A program made the position numbers and the translations under genes. A DNA stretch of 64,000 nucleotides from Candidatus Parcubacteria bacterium (GTDB lineage Bacteria > Patescibacteriota > Patescibacteriia > UBA1558 > GWA2-36-10): NCBI GenBank assembly GCA_018669975.1, contig JABHSK010000002.1, positions 5,535-69,534 of the forward strand, written 5' to 3'. Each line of letters opens with the position of its first letter. The stretch's first letter is position 1. The notes under the pieces are model-generated. The model was not told where the DNA came from and searched no databases. It worked only from the letters and a program-made list of their open reading frames with translations. Positions 1-8,819 of this stretch are shown here, one piece after another.

Positions 1-16
1 AATTTGTCCTCCATAT

Positions 17-1504
17 TTAAAACCTTAATTTTTTATTCAAATCTGAAATAGCTGTAAATTCTTCAATGGTCAACACCGACTTATCTTTTGATTTATAGTC
101 TTCTATTAAATTAGCCACTTCCTTACCTTGAATCATGCTCTCTTGGCCAAGTTCCAAATATATTTTATACACCTGGCTATTCCTCCAGGCCTCAATACCC
201 TGCGCTTTTTTAGTAAAAGAATCTTTTTCTAATACATTAATTTTATCCAAAATCTTGTCTACCCTATCCTGTACAACATCGCCAAAACGACGAAAGTTGT
301 CCAAAGTTAAAGCCTCTAATTCTTGCACTGGCCCAGTCAACTCATGCTGCACGGGTGAAGCCTGTGGTACAGATTTCAATGTTGGCTCTGGCGTAGGTTT
401 TGGTTTGGTAACTACATCAGAAATTTGCTTTTTATCAAGTGCGCTGGGTCTAAAAACCTTGGGTAAGGGCTCTAAACTTTTTTCAACTACCTCTGGTATA
501 TTTTTTGGTTTAACTTCAGGCTTTGGTTTAACTTCAGGCTTTGGTTTAACTTCAGGCTTTGGTTTAACTTCAGGCTTTGGTTTAACTTCAGGCTTTGGTT
601 TAACTTGTTTTTCCACCTGAACAATCCCCTTCTTCTTTTCTCCTTCCTTGATTAACTCCACTTCTTTAACAGTCTCTATTTTTTCTTCAATTTTTGGTTG
701 CTTTGGAAGAACAATAGGCTCTATTTCAACCTTTGTTTTTACCTGTTTAGATGCTATGGGAGGTTGCTGACTAGGCACGGGCTCAAAGGATGACTTCATT
801 TCCTTAAGAGCTTTTTTTACCTCTTCTTGCGCAGAAGCATCTTCTCCGTCCCCATCTTCAAGCTCTATTCTGCCTCCTGGCTCTACAATTGTATCAACCA
901 TCGCAGCTTGCCTGACCACTAAACCACCCACTGAAAATAGTTTATTTTTTATACCTTTAACGATAGATAAAATATTATCGACAATATCCTTATCTAAGGA
1001 TTTGTTATCCACAGATACCTTAATATACAGCAACTCTCTAACTACTATAGCGCTTTTTCGATCACGAAAAAAATCATAAAGAATGTCAGTAAATTTCTGT
1101 CTATTCACCTCATTAAGCTTCAGATCCTGCTTTTCTATAATCTTATTGACGATTTTATCAATGCTATATTTTTTACTATCGTCTTTTGGTAATACCTTAG
1201 CCAGCTCGTCAAGCTGTTGCTTGTCGTCAGGATGAAAGACTAATTCAGCTGTACTATCAGCCCTACCACCAACATACTCAATTGGCGCAAAACTATCATC
1301 CAATGGCGCTGTATTTATACTCGGAGTGTTAACAACACGTTGTTTATCCTCCTCTTTTTTCGGTATCGGAGTCAATGTAGAACCATCACCTTTTTTCGGC
1401 CCGCTTTGTTTCAAAGGATGCAATTTTCCACCTTGATCTTTTATCAACAAATTATCAGCCCAATTATCTTTAGTTAATATACTTTTATCGTTAGATGTCA
1501 CCAT
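17..1504 (-). CDS. hypothetical Lys/Pro-rich protein with (KPKPEV)x7 repeat block
   Basis: 495-aa ORF; an 18-bp DNA tandem repeat encodes KPKPEV x7; no catalytic motif recognised; start at window edge looks complete. Confidence 0.5.
   Translation of the reverse strand: MVTSNDKSILTKDNWADNLLIKDQGGKLHPLKQSGPKKGDGSTLTPIPKKEEDKQRVVNTPSINTAPLDDSFAPIEYVGGRADSTAELVFHPDDKQQLDELAKVLPKDDSKKYSIDKIVNKIIEKQDLKLNEVNRQKFTDILYDFFRDRKSAIVVRELLYIKVSVDNKSLDKDIVDNILSIVKGIKNKLFSVGGLVVRQAAMVDTIVEPGGRIELEDGDGEDASAQEEVKKALKEMKSSFEPVPSQQPPIASKQVKTKVEIEPIVLPKQPKIEEKIETVKEVELIKEGEKKKGIVQVEKQVKPKPEVKPKPEVKPKPEVKPKPEVKPKPEVKPKNIPEVVEKSLEPLPKVFRPSALDKKQISDVVTKPKPTPEPTLKSVPQASPVQHELTGPVQELEALTLDNFRRFGDVVQDRVDKILDKINVLEKDSFTKKAQGIEAWRNSQVYKIYLELGQESMIQGKEVANLIEDYKSKDKSVLTIEEFTAISDLNKKLRF
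507..606. repeat. 18-bp tandem repeat ggtttaacttcaggcttt x5.5 (in-frame, coding)
   Basis: perfect direct repeats read directly in the sequence; they translate to PEVKPK repeats on the minus strand. Confidence 0.9.
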
Positions 1505-1573
1505 GTTTTTATAGATTTTATATATTATATTATAACATATTTAGTGCGACATAGCCAATGATATTAAGTGATC

Positions 1574-1606
1574 AAAAAACCGCCCCCACTTAGTGGGGGC
1601 GGTTTA
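1574..1606 (-). terminator. rho-independent terminator downstream of efp
   Basis: 11-bp perfect stem accgcccccac / gtgggggcggt with 3-nt loop, flanked by A-run/T-run; T-run follows the hairpin on the minus strand. Confidence 0.7.
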
Positions 1607-1617
1607 AATAAATAAAA

Positions 1618-2175
1618 TTAAATTCTTTCTACATAATCACCTGTTTCTGTATTAATAACTACTTTGTCACCCGTTTTTATAAACAATGGAGTTCTAATTT
1701 CTACACCTGTCTCCAAAATCACTGTCTTGGTAGCAGCGCCGGCAGAATTTCCTTTTACTCCATCAGGAGCTGAACTAACCTCTAAGGTAATTTTAGTTGG
1801 CAAAGCTACAGATACTGGCTTTTCATTAAAAATCAATACATCAACCTGCTGTCCTTCTTTAAAATATTTAACCATGTCTCCCAAATCATCCCGATTAAAC
1901 TGAAACTGTTCAAAGTCCTCATTGTCCATAAAGAAAAAATCATTATCTTGTTCATACAAAAAATTAGCCTTACGTCTTGCCATGTCGGCTTCTTCTATAT
2001 TGTCTGAACCTGAAAAAGTTTTTTCTAAGGTAGAACCACTGATTAAATTTTTTAGTTTCGTTTTTACTACAGCACCACCTCGAGCCACTTTGATATGTTG
2101 AGTAAACACTATCTGGTATGGCTCATCATTAATGGAAATTACTGTACCTAAACGCAAATCACCGAAAGACAACAT
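1618..2175 (-). CDS. efp: elongation factor P
   Basis: 185 aa; KVARGGAVVKTKLKNL loop and overall EF-P architecture (KOW plus two OB domains). Confidence 0.9.
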   Translation of the reverse strand: MLSFGDLRLGTVISINDEPYQIVFTQHIKVARGGAVVKTKLKNLISGSTLEKTFSGSDNIEEADMARRKANFLYEQDNDFFFMDNEDFEQFQFNRDDLGDMVKYFKEGQQVDVLIFNEKPVSVALPTKITLEVSSAPDGVKGNSAGAATKTVILETGVEIRTPLFIKTGDKVVINTETGDYVERI

Positions 2176-2177
2176 GA

Positions 2178-2396
2178 TTATTTAGATGAAAAAGGCAATA
2201 GAGCCATAAAACGGGCCCTCTTTATAGCCTGAGACAATTTTCTTTGGTGTTTTGAACAGGCTCCACTTCTTCTCTTTGGCACAATTTTACCGTATGAAGA
2301 GGTAAATTTTTGTAATTGTTGCCAACTCTTGTAATCAATGTATGAAATATCATTCACACAAAAATGACAATATTTAGTTATGTGCTTCTTATGCAT
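2178..2396 (-). CDS. rpsR: 30S ribosomal protein S18
   Basis: 72 aa; CHFC...IDYK...KIVPKRRSGACSKHQRKLSQAIKRARFMALLP is the S18 signature; lies within the rpsF-ssb-rpsR operon. Confidence 0.9.
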   Translation of the reverse strand: MHKKHITKYCHFCVNDISYIDYKSWQQLQKFTSSYGKIVPKRRSGACSKHQRKLSQAIKRARFMALLPFSSK

Positions 2397-2419
2397 ATTA
2401 AAATTATTTTATTGGTCTA

Positions 2420-2890
2420 TTAAAATGGAATATCCTCGATACTGATCTCTTCTTCACCACCACCAGAAGATTCCTTCTTTGCTTGTGGTTCTGGCTGAGA
2501 AAAATCATCCTGTTTTTTACTAAAACCTGGTTGATTCTCATAACTAGAGTCGCCGGTAGACCCAGCCCTATCTAGCATAATCATATTTTCAGTGATAATC
2601 TCTGTGCGATATTTCTTAACTCCACTAGGATCATCCCATGATCTGGTTTGCAAACGACCTTCTATATAAACCTTGCTCCCCTTTTTCAAATATTGATTAC
2701 TAATCTCAGCTAAGCGTCGCCAAGCAACGATATTGTGAAACTCAACTTTTTCCTGTTTCTGACCGCTCTGATCTTTCCAAACAAGATTGGTAGCCACAGA
2801 AAATGAAGTAACATTCTGACCATTGCCTGTAGCACGCATTTCTGGATCACGCACAACATTTCCAATGACCATAGCTTTGTTTAAATTCAT
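2420..2890 (-). CDS. ssb: single-stranded DNA-binding protein
   Basis: OB-fold N-terminal region, Gly/Gln-rich linker, acidic C-terminal tail ending DIPF. Confidence 0.9.
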   Translation of the reverse strand: MNLNKAMVIGNVVRDPEMRATGNGQNVTSFSVATNLVWKDQSGQKQEKVEFHNIVAWRRLAEISNQYLKKGSKVYIEGRLQTRSWDDPSGVKKYRTEIITENMIMLDRAGSTGDSSYENQPGFSKKQDDFSQPEPQAKKESSGGGEEEISIEDIPF

Positions 2891-2914
2891 AGTGTTAATT
2901 TAGTTTTTGAACAA

Positions 2915-3400
2915 TTAATCTATTTTGGGTTCCTGATCTAGCAACTCATCAAGCTTCTTATCGATGTCGTCTAGATCAATTTTGGTAGTTTCTACCTTAG
3001 GGGTAGCTTTTACAGCTTCGTCTGCTTTTTTTGTCTCAGCTGGTGCAGCTTCACCCTTGGTAGCTGGCGCTAACTTACGAGCAGCTTGTTTCTTCTCTTG
3101 CTTGTTAGCAGCTGGATCTTTTTTGATAATCAAATAACGAAGCAAATTGTTATTTAACTTCAATTGAGTTTCAATTCCTTTAAGACCATCCTTGTCTTCT
3201 AGAGAAAACTCCAAAAACACATAAAACCCGTGTTTCTGCTTTTTAATAGGGTAAGCCAGCTTCTTACGGCCAATTGAATAGGCCTCCTTGATGACTTTAG
3301 CACCTACTTTGTCCAAATAGCCCAAGATGTCCTTCTGCACAGCTTGATGCTCTGTTTCAGGTACATTTGCACTAATGATAAAAGATAATTCGTAATTCAT
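2915..3400 (-). CDS. rpsF: 30S ribosomal protein S6 with Lys/Ala-rich C-terminal extension
   Basis: N-terminal 95 aa match S6 (MNYELSFII...HGFYVFLEF); conserved synteny with ssb and rpsR. Confidence 0.9.
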   Translation of the reverse strand: MNYELSFIISANVPETEHQAVQKDILGYLDKVGAKVIKEAYSIGRKKLAYPIKKQKHGFYVFLEFSLEDKDGLKGIETQLKLNNNLLRYLIIKKDPAANKQEKKQAARKLAPATKGEAAPAETKKADEAVKATPKVETTKIDLDDIDKKLDELLDQEPKID

Positions 3401-3414
3401 ATTCTATTTAATTA

Positions 3415-3441
3415 CCTTACCCAACATAATTAGAGGTAAGG
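3415..3441 (-). promoter_or_regulatory. 5' leader hairpin of rpsF sequestering an SD-like GGUAAGG (possible S6:S18 autoregulatory element)
   Basis: ccttacc-13nt-ggtaagg inverted repeat 15-40 nt upstream of the rpsF ATG on the minus strand; the purine-rich arm is positioned like a Shine-Dalgarno. Confidence 0.3.
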
Positions 3442-3582
3442 GCCCTGCTCATTGACAAGGCGTGGTTAATCAAATAATATAGTTTTAAAAACCATATTAG
3501 ACTCTCGATACTCTAACATAAATAATAGACAGAGTCAAGTCAGTGTATTGATTAAAAATCACTTTTAAATTATGATATATCT

Positions 3583-4776
3583 ATGCATAAATACTTATTT
3601 ATACTAGGCCAAGCAAATGACCTAGCCAAAGAAGAAATAACCACTGTCCTGGATGAAGCCCAGGATAAAATTTTGAAAACAGGTACAAATTTTGTAGTAG
3701 CTAGCAGTGGAAAAAATGCCGAACAACTAATGTCCACATTAGGTGGCACAGTTAAGATAGCTGATTTTATCGAAACCATAGATGACCCATCTAAGCTTAC
3801 TGATGAAAAATGGCTTATCTATCTAAAACAATCAATAGCCAAGGCTAATGGCGACAAAATTCACTTTGGTTTTAGTTTATACAATGATTCCAATAGAAAC
3901 TATCGGGCCATCAATAAAACAGCCCTAGCAATAAAAAGACAACTTAAGCAAAAACACAAAGTTCGCCTAGTCAGTAGCAAAGAACCAGTTCTATCCTCTG
4001 TAATAGTCGCTACTAATAAATTACTGGGCAACGAGCTACTCATTGTTAAATATAATAATAAGTGGTTATTGGGAATGACTAGAGCTGTCCAAGATTTTGT
4101 AAAATATGGACAAAGAGATATGAATCGACCTGGACGTGATAGTAAATCTGGCATGTTACCCCCCAAGGTGGCTCAGATGATGATAAATATTGGCAGTATT
4201 AGTCGACAAAAAACAATTTTAGACCCCTTCTGTGGTTCTGGCACTGTTCTACAAGAAGCTATACTGCTTGGTTTCAAAAAAATAAATGGCAGCGACCTAA
4301 GTCCTAGGGCTGTATCAGACTCAAATAAAAATATTACTTGGCTAAAAAAAGAATTCAATCTAGAATCCGAGGTTAATATTAAACAATCTGATATTAAAAA
4401 TTTAAGTAAAGATTTTGCGCCTAATTCCATTGACTTGATAGTAACTGAACCATTCATGGGTGATGCCCGTATAATAAAAAATAAAAGGAGTATCAATCAG
4501 CTAACTGACATTAAACAAGAATTACAATACCTTTATTTGGAATCTTTTGCTCAATTTAAAAAAATATTAAAACCCGGCGGCAAGATTGTGTTTATTTTTC
4601 CAATCTTCAGAATAAAAGACCAGACTATACCCACTCTAGACAAAAACATTATCCAGCAAATAAATTTTGAATTAATACCACCAAAAATAAAATCTGATCA
4701 ATTATCAGATAATGGCAATATTATATACTCAAGACCCGGCCAAGTAGTTCAAAGGGAGCTTAGTCTTTGGCAATAG
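3583..4776 (+). CDS. THUMP/UPF0020-type RNA (guanine-N2) methyltransferase-like protein
   Basis: SAM motif I ILDPFCGSGTVLQEA, motif IV-like VTEPFMGD, and LPPKVAQMMINIG resembling Trm11/RlmL-type methylases. Confidence 0.6.
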   Translation: MHKYLFILGQANDLAKEEITTVLDEAQDKILKTGTNFVVASSGKNAEQLMSTLGGTVKIADFIETIDDPSKLTDEKWLIYLKQSIAKANGDKIHFGFSLYNDSNRNYRAINKTALAIKRQLKQKHKVRLVSSKEPVLSSVIVATNKLLGNELLIVKYNNKWLLGMTRAVQDFVKYGQRDMNRPGRDSKSGMLPPKVAQMMINIGSISRQKTILDPFCGSGTVLQEAILLGFKKINGSDLSPRAVSDSNKNITWLKKEFNLESEVNIKQSDIKNLSKDFAPNSIDLIVTEPFMGDARIIKNKRSINQLTDIKQELQYLYLESFAQFKKILKPGGKIVFIFPIFRIKDQTIPTLDKNIIQQINFELIPPKIKSDQLSDNGNIIYSRPGQVVQRELSLWQ

Positions 4777-4841
4777 ATCAAAAAAAATAAAAACCCCACT
4801 CGGAGGTCTAGAAAACACTAGAAAAACGGTGGGTTTTTTTG

Positions 4842-6086
4842 CTATCTAACAACTTCAGATATCCAAGCCAATTGTTTGTCAGCCATGTGAATTTCTCGCC
4901 ACTTGAACTTACCAGTATTCTGATCCAAATAAACTACCTGACCAGAACCTGGAATCAGGTTACTCAAATAAAAAGCTAACACGGTAACATCATCTTTAAT
5001 ATGCATTTTGTCTACCAATATCATCTCAAAAAACAAACGTCTAGCCAACAAATGATCAGTGTTTTTATCTAGCCAGTCTCCCAAGTCATGACTATATCTA
5101 AGGTTAATAAAACGTTTTAGTATATTCCTAAATCTACTATCCTCTTTTAATAAAGCTTCTAGAGCCTTTTTTTCTATCAAAACTTTCAAACAACTACTTA
5201 CCTTATCTTTGTCTTGTAAGCCAATAGCATTCCATAGAATATCCCTGACCTTTGACAAATTATTATTTGCTTCTGACATTATAAAGTCTGCTGGCAACAT
5301 TTTGACCTCTATATCATTGAGTTGCTTATGAAACTTTTTCAAAAGCTTGTCTATATCAACTTTGGTTGTGGGCTTTTCTTCCGAAAACTCAGACACCCTC
5401 AACACCCCAGCTACCAACTCAAACTGTATCTTTATATTATCATCATAGGCTGTGATAAAGTGCCGTAAAGAATCAAGCTCATTTTTACTTAGCTTGGCTA
5501 TATTCGGAGCTTTAGTGAGGTATTTTGAGCGTTGTAGAGCATTATGATAGGCAGCCCCTGAAAAATGTACATAGTCTTTAATCCAATTATCTACCGTCGG
5601 CGCTGTCGTCCTTCCTTCTGGATTAACAATCTTTCTAGACGTCAAACGTAGATCTTTAAAATTGTTATATTTTTTAAGCATCTGCTTGACTGTACCTGCC
5701 TCAAACTCTGGAAAAACTGTCCTTTGCAAAGCTGCTCGCTTTAATCTTTTTAGTCTCGGTACTTTACCACCCAAACGCAAAATCAAACGATCTACATTTT
5801 CTAAATATTCCTGCAGTGGCCATAATATTTCATAGGCAATATCTAGGGTAAGCTTCCTTAAATCACATCGACCTGCCCCTTCCATTTTTTCCAATTTCTT
5901 GGGAAAATCTAAAACAGATATTTTTTTTAAAAATGCCTTGTGCTCTAATTCTAAAATATAATCCAGCTGAACCCTATTAAGAAAAAATTTATTGGATATC
6001 TTAATATTATTTAAGGGAATATCTTCACCATAAATAACATCTTTTACCTCCTCGGGTAATTTGTTTAATGCTGCTGGATTAATCAT
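4842..6086 (-). CDS. hypothetical cytoplasmic protein, last gene of the giant-protein operon
   Basis: 414-aa ORF with no TM segments and no recognised motifs; separated by 36 bp from the upstream membrane-protein gene on the same strand. Confidence 0.5.
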   Translation of the reverse strand: MINPAALNKLPEEVKDVIYGEDIPLNNIKISNKFFLNRVQLDYILELEHKAFLKKISVLDFPKKLEKMEGAGRCDLRKLTLDIAYEILWPLQEYLENVDRLILRLGGKVPRLKRLKRAALQRTVFPEFEAGTVKQMLKKYNNFKDLRLTSRKIVNPEGRTTAPTVDNWIKDYVHFSGAAYHNALQRSKYLTKAPNIAKLSKNELDSLRHFITAYDDNIKIQFELVAGVLRVSEFSEEKPTTKVDIDKLLKKFHKQLNDIEVKMLPADFIMSEANNNLSKVRDILWNAIGLQDKDKVSSCLKVLIEKKALEALLKEDSRFRNILKRFINLRYSHDLGDWLDKNTDHLLARRLFFEMILVDKMHIKDDVTVLAFYLSNLIPGSGQVVYLDQNTGKFKWREIHMADKQLAWISEVVR

Positions 6087-6122
6087 TTATATAAAATAAT
6101 AAACAAAAATAATTAAACATCC

Positions 6123-8813
6123 CTATATTCCACCACCGCCATCAAAGTCATCATCTGCATCAGGAGCAGCACCTGCATCAGGAGCAGCACCTGCACCAGG
6201 AGCAGCACCTGCACCATAACTATTCTCAGCCAATGAGTGACGCATTCTCTCAGTTAGTATATCAGCATCATCCGCTAGTCTATCTAACTGCTCTTTTGGT
6301 AATTGGAGTAACTCTTCTAGCTTAAGATTGCTAACAAACTCATTAAAGGCCTCATCATCTAAAACTGGCCTACCATTTCCATCGACCTGCATATCACCAG
6401 CTGGAGTTACCTCTGCAAAAGCTAAATGGGCATTCTTCATGTTTCCTCGAGCCAGTCTAGTCCTAGCTTCCGCTTGCCTCGCTCTAAATTGATCATTGTT
6501 CTCAGCGCCTGTTTGATTAGGAATATTGTTTATCTCCTGACTAAAATAAGCATTAAGAGCCTCAGGACCCCCGGCATAGGGACTAGTAGCGTCGCTAGCC
6601 ATCATAACCTCTGCATTACCATGCCTTATCTGGCCTGACACCATAACCTCCATCTTCTCTCTATCATTTGTCTTTGACATAAATTCTTTCCTCTGACCAG
6701 CATTCATTAATCCAGACATACTTCTAAGGAAAGTAGAGTCTGCGCCCATTCTAGCTACTTGTTTTCCTGAGATATCCCGACTAGCTGCCGCGGCAAAACT
6801 ATCTCTAAGACTTGTCTGCAATCTATCTCTAGCAGCATCTGCAGCCTGTGCATTCCCTGAGCTAGCCATCTCCCTTCTATGTTCTGCTTCACCTAAATCA
6901 TGACCAATATTACTAAAATGATTCTCGGTATCCGCAGCTCTGCCAAACTGAGAAATAGTAAGCGTCCTTTTATATGCTTCTGAATCTGTATTGATTTGTG
7001 CATTACCATTTTGATCTCTCACTGGGTTACCAGCTGCATCTGTAGTAAACATACTATCAGTTGGTCGAAATTCCCTTAAAGCATTTATCAATGAATTTCT
7101 GTCCTCACTTTCCATACCCTCCATAGCCTTGGCCCTAGTATCATCATCTTGAGCTAATATAGTAGTCATCACTGCTTGATGGTCAGTATTACCAGCATCA
7201 ATACCATCAAAATTCATATTCTTTAAGGTGGCTACTAAACCACTGTCTGCTATATTACGATCCATGGTCTCTTCAGTGTTAACTGAAGCAGCACGCTTCT
7301 GCAAACTTGTACGAGCATCTGCATCACCATATGTTTCAAATAAATCATCCATATTGCCAGCATCTAGAGTTTGACCACCAACAGTCACACTTGTTTCACC
7401 GCGAGCCTGAGCTGCTTTAGCAGCGTGATATTGAGCCTCATCACCACCCTTAGTAGCCCAATATGCTGCCTGATCGGTTACACCTTCTGCACGTGTACCC
7501 TCATACTCAGCTCTGCGCTTCCTGCTACCCTGATCTGCTGCCACTCTACGCATCCCAGCTCTAGTTACCAAGCCGCTAACTCTACCTGCTATACCTCCAC
7601 GGTCTTGCATTTGTTGGCCAGCTTCTGTCATGCTACGACCCGCCATGCCTCGCAATCTACTGAGTTGCCCCTTGATCATTCCCTCACCACTTCTGCCCTG
7701 ATACAAAGTTTTAGCACCAGCTGCCGCACCAGCCTTGACTAGACCACCAGCCTTGCGACCTACCTTGCCAGGAGCTGATTTTATATTAGAAGCCATATTA
7801 CCGGCTATACCAGCACCAGCCGCGCCTGATTTAGCAGTCATCTGCAATCCAGCCACTAAAATAGCTATACCAATAACAAAATTTAATACACTACTTGGTG
7901 CAGCTGCCGCACTAACATCATAAACTGGATGATTATCATCATCTTCACTGTCCCCGGGAACCTCACTGAAACTATCATTTATATTTCCATTTCCCGTAAT
8001 ACTAAAAGCTAGCCATAAAAAGAAAGCTAAACTGGGGCCAGCAATCAAATTCTTAAGCAATTCTTCTGACCATTCATTAAAATATTTTTCAGTTTTAGGA
8101 AAAGTAAAAGCTAAAAAAGCTAAAGGAGATAAAACCAGTAACACCCATAGAGTCACAATCCTCATAGCTAACATGGCCAAAAAGGCTAACACGACCATGA
8201 CTGTTATTAACAACATAATAGCACCCAAGAAATAGGCTACTACCACATTACTTTCAAGGCTTGGACCTGTAGAGTCGCTACCTTTTTGTAAAATATTCTG
8301 CAAACCCAAGGCAGTCATCACATTACCAGCTGCAATATTCTTAATTACAGAGACAAAGGTCAACATAATTACCTGAGAAAAATCAATGGCAATACCAACG
8401 ATAGTTTTACTAAAATTAATCAATACTGCTACTATTAACAATTTTTTCAACAATTGACGGTAACCGTAAGACTGAATTTTTAAAATAGTAGCTAAAGCAA
8501 TCACCAAGAGTATAAGGATGAAAAACATATTACTCAGATCTCGCAAAGCTTCCCAACCAGCTGAAACACCTGCTTCTTGAGTAAAGTTATTATATTCAGC
8601 CACAATAGGCAAAAGCAACAACTCCAATTTTAAAACTTGTGACAGTGGCCAAATAAACAAGCCATAGATAATATTGGCTAATAAATCATCTACAACTGAC
8701 TTTAAACCACCACCAGCATACGCAATACGTGGGGTCGCCAAACTAACAGCCGTAGCCAAGGTTACAAATAATACCCAATATTTACTTTTGATTTTTCTAG
8801 ATAAGATATTCAT
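6123..8813 (-). CDS. polytopic membrane protein, TrbL/VirB6-like N-terminal domain plus ~560-aa Ala/Gly/Arg/Asp-rich C-terminal domain
   Basis: signal peptide (..RIAYAGGG), about 8 predicted TM helices in the first 330 aa with a Gly/Ala-rich segment after the last TM; hydrophilic low-complexity tail ending in (GAGAAPx)3 DDDFDGGGGI; 6-bp gap to the giant gene. Confidence 0.45.
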   Translation of the reverse strand: MNILSRKIKSKYWVLFVTLATAVSLATPRIAYAGGGLKSVVDDLLANIIYGLFIWPLSQVLKLELLLLPIVAEYNNFTQEAGVSAGWEALRDLSNMFFILILLVIALATILKIQSYGYRQLLKKLLIVAVLINFSKTIVGIAIDFSQVIMLTFVSVIKNIAAGNVMTALGLQNILQKGSDSTGPSLESNVVVAYFLGAIMLLITVMVVLAFLAMLAMRIVTLWVLLVLSPLAFLAFTFPKTEKYFNEWSEELLKNLIAGPSLAFFLWLAFSITGNGNINDSFSEVPGDSEDDDNHPVYDVSAAAAPSSVLNFVIGIAILVAGLQMTAKSGAAGAGIAGNMASNIKSAPGKVGRKAGGLVKAGAAAGAKTLYQGRSGEGMIKGQLSRLRGMAGRSMTEAGQQMQDRGGIAGRVSGLVTRAGMRRVAADQGSRKRRAEYEGTRAEGVTDQAAYWATKGGDEAQYHAAKAAQARGETSVTVGGQTLDAGNMDDLFETYGDADARTSLQKRAASVNTEETMDRNIADSGLVATLKNMNFDGIDAGNTDHQAVMTTILAQDDDTRAKAMEGMESEDRNSLINALREFRPTDSMFTTDAAGNPVRDQNGNAQINTDSEAYKRTLTISQFGRAADTENHFSNIGHDLGEAEHRREMASSGNAQAADAARDRLQTSLRDSFAAAASRDISGKQVARMGADSTFLRSMSGLMNAGQRKEFMSKTNDREKMEVMVSGQIRHGNAEVMMASDATSPYAGGPEALNAYFSQEINNIPNQTGAENNDQFRARQAEARTRLARGNMKNAHLAFAEVTPAGDMQVDGNGRPVLDDEAFNEFVSNLKLEELLQLPKEQLDRLADDADILTERMRHSLAENSYGAGAAPGAGAAPDAGAAPDADDDFDGGGGI
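6157..6216. repeat. 18-bp tandem repeat gcatcaggagcagcacct x3.3 (coding, Gly/Ala/Pro-rich C-terminus)
   Basis: direct repeats read in the sequence at the 3' end of CDS 6123..8813. Confidence 0.85.
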
Positions 8814-8819
8814 ATATTT

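Noticed and set aside
135-620. 161-aa plus-strand ORF rich in GFGLTS repeats
   Set aside because: It is the antisense reading of the 18-bp tandem repeat inside the minus-strand gene 17..1504; no start context. A repeat translation artefact.
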